The notes under the pieces were generated by a model. The model did no database searches. It was not told where the DNA came from and saw only the letters and a list, made by a program, of their open reading frames with translations. From Auanema rhodensis (Eukaryota; Animalia; Nematoda): a DNA stretch of 64,000 nt. Where the stretch lies: the NCBI GenBank assembly GCA_964057225.1, contig OZ059895.1:4216001-4280000 (forward strand), written 5' to 3'. Positions 54,501 through 64,000 of this stretch are shown piece by piece. Every line of letters starts with the position of its first letter. Position 1 is the first letter of the stretch. The position numbers were made by a program, and so were the translations under genes.

Positions 54501-57500
54501 ATCTGATAACACAGATCGACGCAGCTTAAAAATCCGCATCGAATGCACTATACTACACTGAGAAACGCTTAATACAAAAATTAGTTATGATCGTTTGAAA
54601 AATGATGCATTAGTGTATGTTGAGTTTCCATGTACACTCAACATTGCTTCCAAAAACATTTTAACAAAAATGTTTTCGAAAAATTTCAAAATAATTTAGC
54701 AAAAAGTAGATGTTTTTAGATTCCTTTTTTTAAGGCAAAAATGATGGACAATGTTATTCAACGAAAAAATTAATTCTTCAGGGTGAAAATCGAGGATATA
54801 AGTGTGAACTTATATCAGTTGATATCTCGGTGCATTTTTAAGCTAGCGCAAATCTGATAACACAGATCGACGCAGCTTAAAAATCCGCATCGAATGCACT
54901 ATACTACATTGGGAAACGCTTAATACAAAAATTAGTTATGATCGTTTGAAAAATGATGCATTAGTGTATGTTGAGTTTCCATGTACACTCAACATTGCTT
55001 CCAAAAACATTTTGACAAAAATTTTTTCGAAAAATTTCAAAATAATTTAGCAAAAAGTAGATGTTTTTAGATTCCTTTATTCAAGGCAAAGATGATGGAC
55101 AATGTTATTCAACGAAAAAACTTCAGGGTGAAAATCGAGGATATAAGTGTGAACTTATATCAGTTGATATCTCGTTGCATTTTCAAGCTAGCGCAAATCT
55201 GATAACACAGATCGACGCAGCTTAAAAATCCGCATCGAATGCACTGTACTACATTGAGAAACGCTTAATACAAAAATTAGTTATGATCGTTTGAAAAATG
55301 ATGCATTAGTGTATGTTGAGTTTCCATGTACACTCAACATTGCTTCCAAAAACATTTTGACAAAAATTTTTTCGAAAAATTTCAAAATAATTTAGCAAAA
55401 AGTAGATGTTTTTAGATTCCTTTTTTTAAGGCAAAGATGATGGACAATGTTATTCAACAAAAAAATTAATTCTTCAGGGTGAAAATCGAGGATATAAGTG
55501 TGAACTTATATCAGTAGATATCTCGGTGCATTTTTAAGCCAGCGCAAATCTGATAACACAGATCGACGCAGCTTAAAAATCCGCATCGAATACACTATAC
55601 TACACTGAGAAACGCTTAATACAAAAATTAGTTATGATCGTTTGAAAAATGATGCATTAGTGTATGTTGAGTTTCCATGTACACTCAACATTGCTTCCAA
55701 AAACATTTTGACAAAAATTTTTTCGAAAAATTTCAAAATAATTTAGCAAAAAGTAGATGTTTTTAGATTCCTTTTTTTAAGGCAAAAATGATGGACAATG
55801 TTATTCAACGAAAAAATTAATTCTTCAGGGTGAAAATCGAGGATATAAGTGTGAACTTATATCAGTTGATATCTCGTTGCATTTTCAAGCTAGCGCAAAT
55901 CTGATAACACAGATCGACGCAGCTTAAAAATCCGCATCGAATGCACTATACTACATTGAGAAACGCTTAATACAAAAATTAGTTATGATCGTTTGAAAAA
56001 TGATGCATTAGTGTATGTTGAGTTTCCATGTACACTCAACATTGCTTCCAAAAACATTTTGACAAAAATTTTTTCGAAAAATTTCAAAATAATTTAGCAA
56101 AAAGTAGATGTTTTTAGATTCCTTTTTTTAAGGCAAAGATGATGGACAATGTTATTCAACAAAAAAATTAATTCTTCAGGGTGAAAATCGAGGATATAAG
56201 TGTGAACTTATATCAGTTGATATCTCGGTGCATTTTTAAGCTAGCGCAAATCTGATAACACAGATCGACGTAGCTTAAAAATCCGCATCGAATGCACTAT
56301 ACTACATTGAGAAACGCTTAATACAAAAATTAGTTATGATCGTTTGAAAAATGATGCATTAGTGTATGTTGAGTTTCCATGTACACTCAACATTGCTTCC
56401 AAAAACATTTTGACAAAAATTTTTTCGAAAAATTTCAAAATAATTTAGCAAAAAGTAGATGTTTTTAGATTCCTTTTTTTAAGGCAAAAATGATGGACAA
56501 TGTTATTAAACGAAAAAATTAATTCTTCAGGGTGAAAATCGAGGATATAAGTGTGAATTTATATCAGTTGATATCTCGGTGCATTTTTAAGCTAGCGCAA
56601 ATCTGATAACACAGATCGACGCAGCTTAAAAATCCGCATCGAATGCACTATACTACATTGAGAAACGCTTAATACAAAAATTAGTTATGATCGTTTGAAA
56701 AATGATGCATTAGTGTATGTTGAGTTTCCATGTACACTCAACATTGCTTCCAAAAACATTTTGACAAAAATTTTTTCGAAAAATTTCAAAATAATTTAGC
56801 AAAAAGTAGATGTTTTTAGATTCCTTTTTTTAAGGCAAAAATGATGGACAATGTTATTAAACGAAAAAATTAATTCTTCAGGGTGAAAATCGAGGATATA
56901 AGTGTGAACTTATATCAGTTGATATCTCGGTGCATTTTTAAGCTAGCGCAAATCTGATAACACAGATCGACGCAGCTTAAAAATCCGCATCGAATGCACT
57001 ATACTACATTGAGAAACGCTTAATACAAAAATTAGTTATGATCGTTTGAAAAATGATGCATTAGTGTATGTTGAGTTTCCATGTACACTCAACATTGCTT
57101 CCAAAAACATTTTGACAAAAATTTTTTCGAAAAATTTCAAAATAATTTAGCAAAAAGTAGATGTTTTTCGATTCCTTTTTTTAAGGCAAAGACGATGGAC
57201 AATGTTATTCAACGAAAAAATCAATTCTTCAGGGTGAAAATCGAGGATATAAGTGTGAACTTATATCAGTTGATATCTCGGTGCATTTTTAAGCTAGCGC
57301 AAATCTGATAACACAGATCGACGCAGCTTAAAAATCCGCATCGAATGCACTATACTACACTGAGAAACGCTTAATACAAAAATTAGTTATGATCGTTTGA
57401 AAAATGATGCATTAGTGTATGTTGAGTTTCCATGTACACTCAACATTGCTTCCAAAAACATTTTAACAAAAATGTTTTCGAAAAATTTCAAAATAATTTA

Positions 57501-60500
57501 GCAAAAAGTAGATGTTTTTAAATTCCTTTTTTTAAGGCAAAAATGATGGACAATGTTATTCAACGAAAAAATTAATTCTTCAGGGTGAAAATCGAGGATA
57601 TAAGTGTGAACTTATATCAGTTGATATCTCGTTGCATTTTCAAGCTAGCGCAAATCTGATAACACAGATCGACGCAGCTTAAAAATCCGCATCGAATGCA
57701 CTATACTACACTGAGAAACGCTTAATACAAAAATTAGTTATGATCGTTTGAAAAATGATGCATTAGTGTATGTTGAGTTTCCATGTACACTCAACATTGC
57801 TTCCAAAAACATTTTGACAAAAATTTTTTCGAAAAATTTCAAAATAATTTAGCAAAAAGTAGATGTTTTTCGATTCCTTTTTTTAAGGCAAAGACGATGG
57901 ACAATGTTATTCAACGAAAAAATCAATTCTTCAGGGTGAAAATCGAGGATATAAGTGTGAACTTATATCAGTTGATATCTCGGTGCATTTTTAAGCTAGC
58001 GCAAATCTGATAACACAGATCGACGCAGCTTAAAAATCCGCATCGAATGCACTATACTACACTGAGAAACGCTTAATACAAAAATTAGTTATGATCGTTT
58101 GAAAAATGATGCATTAGTGTATGTTGAGTTTCCATGTACACTCAACATTGCTTCCAAAAACATTTTAACAAAAATGTTTTCGAAAAATTTCAAAATAATT
58201 TAGCAAAAAGTAGATGTTTTTCGATTCCTTTTTTTAAGGCAAAGACGATGGACAATGTTATTCAACGAAAAAATCAATTCTTCAGGGTGAAAATCGAGGA
58301 TATAAGTGTGAACTTATATCAGTTGATATCTCGGTGCATTTTTAAGCTAGCGCAAATCTGATAACACAGATCGACGCAGCTTAAAAATCCGCATCGAATG
58401 CACTATACTACACTGAGAAACGCTTAATACAAAAATTAGTTATGATCGTTTGAAAAATGATGCATTAGTGTATGTTGAGTTTCCATGTACACTCAACATT
58501 GCTTCCAAAAACATTTTAACAAAAATGTTTTCGAAAAATTTCAAAATAATTTAGCAAAAAGTAGATGTTTTTAGATTCCTTTTTTTAAGGCAAAAATGAT
58601 GGACAATGTTATTCAACGAAAAAATTAATTCTTCAGGGTGAAAATCGAGGATATAAGTGTGAACTTATATCAGTTGATATCTCGTTGCATTTTCAAGCTA
58701 GCGCAAATCTGATAACACAGATCGACGCAGCTTAAAAATCCGCATCGAATGCACTATACAACATTGAGAAACGCTTAATACAAAAATTAGTTATGATCGT
58801 TTGAAAAATGATGCATTAGTGTATGTTGAGTTTCCATGTACACTCAACATTGCTTCCAAAAACATTTTGACAAAAATGTTTTCGAAAAATTTCAAAATAA
58901 TTTAGCAAAAAGTAGATGTTTTTAGATTCCTTTTTTTAAGGCAAAAATGATGGACAATGTTATTCAACGAAAAAATTAATTCTTCAGGGTGAAAATCGAG
59001 GATATAAGTGTGAACTTATATCAGTAGATATCTCGGTGCATTTTTAAGCCAGCGCAAATCTGATAACACAGATCGACGCAGCTTAAAAATCCGCATCGAA
59101 TACACTATACTACACTGAGAAACGCTTAATACAAAAATTAGTTATGATCGTTTGAAAAATGATGCATTAGTGTATGTTGAGTTTCCATGTACACTCAACA
59201 TTGCTTCCAAAAACATTTTGACAAAAATGTTTTCGAAAAATTTCAAAATAATTTAGCAAAAAGTAGATGTTTTTAGATTCCTTTTTTTAAGGCAAAGATG
59301 ATGGACAATGTTATTCAACAAAAAAATTAATTCTTCAGGGTGAAAATCGAGGATATAAGTGTGAACTTATATCAGTAGATATCTCGGTGCATTTTTAAGC
59401 CAGCGCAAATCTGATAACACAGATCGACGCAGCTTAAAAATCCGCATCGAATACACTATACTACACTGAGAAACGCTTAATACAAAAATTAGTTATGATC
59501 GTTTGAAAAATGATGCATTAGTGTATGTTGAGTTTCCATGTACACTCAACATTGCTTCCAAAAACATTTTGACAAAAATTTTTTCGAAAAATTTCAAAAT
59601 AATTTAGCAAAAAGTAGATGTTTTTAGATTCCTTCTTTTAAGGCAAAAATGATGGACAATGTTATTAAACGAAAAAATTAATTCTTCAGGGTGAAAATCG
59701 AGGATATAAGTGTGAACTTATATCAGTTGATATCTCGGTGCATTTTTAAGCTAGCGCAAATCTGATAACACAGATCGACGCAGCTTAAAAATCCGCATCG
59801 AATGCACTATACTACATTGAGAAACGCTTAATACAAAAATTAGTTATGATCGTTTGAAAAATGATGCATTAGTGTATGTTGAGTTTCCATGTACACTCAA
59901 CATTGCTTCCAAAAACATTTTGACAAAAATTTTTTCGAAAAATTTCAAAATAATTTAGCAAAAAGTAGATGTTTTTAGATTCCTTTATTCAAGGCAAAGA
60001 TGATGGACAATGTTATTCAACGAAAAAACTTCAGGGTGAAAATCGAGGATATAAGTGTGAACATATATCAGTTGATATCTCGGTGCATGTTCAAGCTAGC
60101 GCAAATCTGATAACACAGATCGACGCAGCTTAAAAATCCGCATCGAATGCACTATACTACATTGAGAAACGCTTAATACAAAAATTAGTTATGATCGTTT
60201 GAAAAATGATGCATTAGTGTATGTTGAGTTTCCATGTACACTCAACATTGCTTCCAAAAACATTTTGACAAAAATTTTTTCGAAAAATTTCAAAATAATT
60301 CAGCAAAAAGTAGATGTTTTTAGATTCCTTTTTTTAAGGCAAAAATGATGGACAATGTTATTAAACGAAAAAATTAATTCTTCAGGGTGAAAATCGAGGA
60401 TATAAGTGTGAACTTATATCAGTTGATATCTCGGTGCATTTTTAAGCTAGCGCAAATCTGATAACACAGATCGACGCAGCTTAAAAATCCGCATCGAATG

Positions 60501-63500
60501 CACTATACTACATTGAGAAACGCTTAATACAAAAATTAGTTATGATCGTTTGAAAAATGATGCATTAGTGTATGTTGAGTTTCCATGTACACTCAACATT
60601 GCTTCCAAAAACATTTTAACAAAAATGTTTTCGAAAAATTTCAAAATAATTTAGCAAAAAGTAGATGTTTTTAGATTCCTTTTTTTAAGGCAAAAATGAT
60701 GGACAATGTTATTCAACGAAAAAATTAATTCTTCAGGGTGAAAATCGAGGATATAAGTGTGAACTTATATCAGTTGATATCTCGGTGCATTTTTAAGCTA
60801 GCGCAAATCTGATAACACAGATCGACGCAGCTTAAAAATCCGCATCGAATGCACTATACTACACTGAGAAACGCTTAATACAAAAATTAGTTATGATCGT
60901 TTGAAAAATGATGCATTAGTGTATGTTGAGTTTCCATGTACACTCAACATTGCTTCCAAAAACATTTTGACAAAAATTTTTTCGAAAAATTTCAAAATAA
61001 TTTAGCAAAAAGTAGATGTTTTTCGATTCCTTTTTTTAAGGCAAAGACGATGGACAATGTTATTCAACGAAAAAATCAATTCTTCAGGGTGAAAATCGAG
61101 GATATAAGTGTGAACTTATATCAGTTGATATCTCGGTGCATTTTTAAGCTAGCGCAAATCTGATAACACAGATCGACGCAGCTTAAAAATCCGCATCGAA
61201 TGCACTATACTACATTGAGAAACGCTTAATACAAAAATTAGTTATGATCGTTTGAAAAATGATGCATTAGTGTATGTTGAGTTTCCATGTACACTCAACA
61301 TTGCTTCCAAAAACATTTTGACAAAAATTTTTTCGAAAAATTTCAAAATAATTTAGCAAAAAGTAGATGTTTTTAGATTCCTTTATTCAAGGCAAAGATG
61401 ATGGACAATGTTATTCAACGAAAAAACTTCAGGGTGAAAATCGAGGATATAAGTGTGAACTTATATCAGTTGATATCTCGTTGCATTTTCAAGCTAGCGC
61501 AAATCTGATAACACAGATCGACGCAGCTTAAAAATCCGCATCGAATGCACTATACTACATTGAGAAACGCTTAATACAAAAATTAGTTATGATCGTTTGA
61601 AAAATGATGCATTAGTGTATGTTGAGTTTCCATGTACACTCAACATTGCTTCCAAAAACATTTTGACAAAAATTTTTTCGAAAAATTTCAAAATAATTTA
61701 GCAAAAAGTAGATGTTTTTAGATTCCTTTTTTTAAGGCAAAGATGATGGACAATGTTATTCAACAAAAAAATTAATTCTTCAGGGTGAAAATCGAGGATA
61801 TAAGTGTGAACTTATATCAGTAGATATCTCGGTGCATTTTTAAGCCAGCGCAAATCTGATAACACAGATCGACGCAGCTTAAAAATCCGCATCGAATACA
61901 CTATACTACACTGAGAAACGCTTAATACAAAAATTAGTTATGATCGTTTGAAAAATGATGCATTAGTGTATGTTGAGTTTCCATGTACACTCAACATTGC
62001 TTCCAAAAACATTTTGACAAAAATTTTTTCGAAAAATTTCAAAATAATTTAGCAAAAAGTAGATGTTTTTAGATTCCTTTTTTTAAGGCAAAAATGATGG
62101 ACAATGTTATTCAACGAAAAAATTAATTCTTCAGGGTGAAAATCGAGGATATAAGTGTGAACTTATATCAGTTGATATCTCGTTGCATTTTCAAGCTAGC
62201 GCAAATCTGATAACACAGATCGACGCAGCTTAAAAATCCGCATCGAATGCACTATACTACATTGAGAAACGCTTAATACAAAAATTAGTTATGATCGTTT
62301 GAAAAATGATGCATTAGTGTATGTTGAGTTTCCATGTACACTCAACATTGCTTCCAAAAACATTTTGACAAAAATTTTTTCGAAAAATTTCAAAATAATT
62401 TAGCAAAAAGTAGATGTTTTTAGATTCCTTTTTTTAAGGCAAAGATGATGGACAATGTTATTCAACAAAAAAATTAATTCTTCAGGGTGAAAATCGAGGA
62501 TATAAGTGTGAACTTATATCAGTTGATATCTCGGTGCATTTTTAAGCTAGCGCAAATCTGATAACACAGATCGACGCAGCTTAAAAATCCGCATCGAATG
62601 CACTATACTACATTGAGAAACGCTTAATACAAAAATTAGTTATGATCGTTTGAAAAATGATGCATTAGTGTATGTTGAGTTTCCATGTACACTCAACATT
62701 GCTTCCAAAAACATTTTGACAAAAATTTTTTCGAAAAATTTCAAAATAATTTAGCAAAAAGTAGATGTTTTTAGATTCCTTTTTTTAAGGCAAAGATGAT
62801 GGACAATGTTATTCAACAAAAAAATTAATTCTTCAGGGTGAAAATCGAGGATATAAGTGTGAACTTATATCAGTAGATATCTCGGTGCATTTTTAAGCCA
62901 GCGCAAATCTGATAACACAGATCGACGCAGCTTAAAAATCCGCATCGAATACACTATACTACACTGAGAAACGCTTAATACAAAAATTAGTTATGATCGT
63001 TTGAAAAATGATGCATTAGTGTATGTTGAGTTTCCATGTACACTCAACATTGCTTCCAAAAACATTTTGACAAAAATTTTTTCGAAAAATTTCAAAATAA
63101 TTTAGCAAAAAGTAGATGTTTTTAGATTCCTTTTTTTAAGGCAAAAATGATGGACAATGTTATTCAACGAAAAAATTAATTCTTCAGGGTGAAAATCGAG
63201 GATATAAGTGTGAACTTATATCAGTTGATATCTCGTTGCATTTTCAAGCTAGCGCAAATCTGATAACACAGATCGACGCAGCTTAAAAATCCGCATCGAA
63301 TGCACTATACTACATTGAGAAACGCTTAATACAAAAATTAGTTATGATCGTTTGAAAAATGATGCATTAGTGTATGTTGAGTTTCCATGTACACTCAACA
63401 TTGCTTCCAAAAACATTTTGACAAAAATTTTTTCGAAAAATTTCAAAATAATTTAGCAAAAAGTAGATGTTTTTAGATTCCTTTTTTTAAGGCAAAGATG

Positions 63501-64000
63501 ATGGACAATGTTATTCAACAAAAAAATTAATTCTTCAGGGTGAAAATCGAGGATATAAGTGTGAACTTATATCAGTTGATATCTCGGTGCATTTTTAAGC
63601 TAGCGCAAATCTGATAACACAGATCGACGCAGCTTAAAAATCCGCATCGAATGCACTATACTACATTGAGAAACGCTTAATACAAGAATTAGTTATGATC
63701 GTTTGAAAAATGATGCATTAGTGTATGTTGAGTTTCCATGTACACTCAACATTGCTTCCAAAAACATTTTGACAAAAATTTTTTCGAAAAATTTCAAAAT
63801 AATTTAGCAAAAAGTAGATGTTTTTAGATTCCTTTTTTTAAGGCAAAAATGATGGACAATGTTATTAAACGAAAAAATTAATTCTTCAGGGTGAAAATCG
63901 AGGATATAAGTGTGAACTTATATCAGTTGATATCTCGGTGCATTTTTAAGCTAGCGCAAATCTGATAACACAGATCGACGCAGCTTAAAAATCCGCATCG
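48580..64000. repeat. Variant domain D (monomers 140-184): contains all six 345-bp monomers
   Basis: Seen: CGAAAAAACTTCAG (loss of TTAATT) in monomers starting 51388, 52435, 53131, 54880, 59788, 61186. Other markers: GGCAAAAATG, ATTAAACG, TTTTAACAAAAATG, CAGTAGAT+AAGCCAGC, CAACAAAAAA. Confidence 0.88.
61531..63636. repeat. Tandem duplication of a 3-monomer block (period 1053 bp)
   Basis: Seen: the order (CAACAAAA+CAGTAGAT+AAGCCAGC) / (GAATACAC+TACACTG+GCAAAAATG+CTCGTTG) / (CAACAAAA) occurs at 61531-62583 and 62584-63636. Confidence 0.87.

Larger units (their letters stand above)
1..64000. repeat. Tandem satellite array, 351-bp AT-rich monomer, 183 complete copies plus 13 bp, single orientation, continuing beyond both window edges
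   Basis: Seen: AAAATCCGCATCGAAT recurs at 1, 352, 703, 1054 ... 38401, 45421 ... 63988. 183 x 351 minus the observed deletions (13x16 + 6x6 + 2x1 = 246) = 63,987, exactly the offset of the last monomer start, so there is no inserted foreign DNA. Monomers differ by only a few substitutions. Confidence 0.99.

Noticed and set aside
11556-61163. Eleven copies of a 75-aa ORF (MYTQHCFQKH...) as genes
   Set aside because: F/K/N/I-rich translation of A/T tracts, interrupted by stops in 172 of 183 monomers, with no recognisable homology. Kept only as a finding about linked variants.
1-64000. Giant repetitive protein (351 bp = 117 codons), including under alternative genetic codes
   Set aside because: All six frames contain several stops per monomer, the + frames contain both TGA and TAA/TAG, and frameshifting 16-bp and 1-bp deletions are tolerated.
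1-64000. CRISPR array or other repeat-spacer system
   Set aside because: There are no unique spacers; the entire unit is repeated, and no cas or other genes are present.
1-64000. Assignment to a named ~350-360-bp satellite (Drosophila 1.688/359-bp, Tribolium TCAST1)
   Set aside because: Only length and AT content are similar; I do not recognise sequence identity and cannot run a search.

Overview
The whole 64-kb window is one uninterrupted, single-orientation, head-to-tail tandem array (satellite-type DNA) of an AT-rich 351-bp monomer (112/351 G+C, about 32%, hand-counted on monomer 1). The lengths add up exactly: 183 complete monomers (162 x 351 bp, 13 x 335 bp, 6 x 345 bp, 2 x 350 bp = 63,987 bp) plus 13 bp of monomer 184. 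I see no unique DNA, genes, RNA genes, transposon insertions, inversions or CRISPR spacers. The listed 65-aa and 75-aa ORFs are by-products of particular monomer variants. The informative structure is of three kinds. (i) There are about four successive variant domains (approx. 1-22.3 kb, 22.3-29.3 kb, 29.3-48.6 kb, 48.6-64 kb). (ii) There are many local, short-lived higher-order duplications of 2, 3, 4, 5, 6 and 9 monomers, plus chimeric monomers. (iii) The monomer is packed with short dyads/hairpins, one lying in a nearly invariant block. The most interesting unverified hypothesis is that this is a dipteran (chironomid-like) ~350-bp long telomeric repeat, i.e. a telomerase-independent telomere array; an ordinary (peri)centromeric satellite is the main alternative. 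The organism and chromosomal position cannot be determined from the window.
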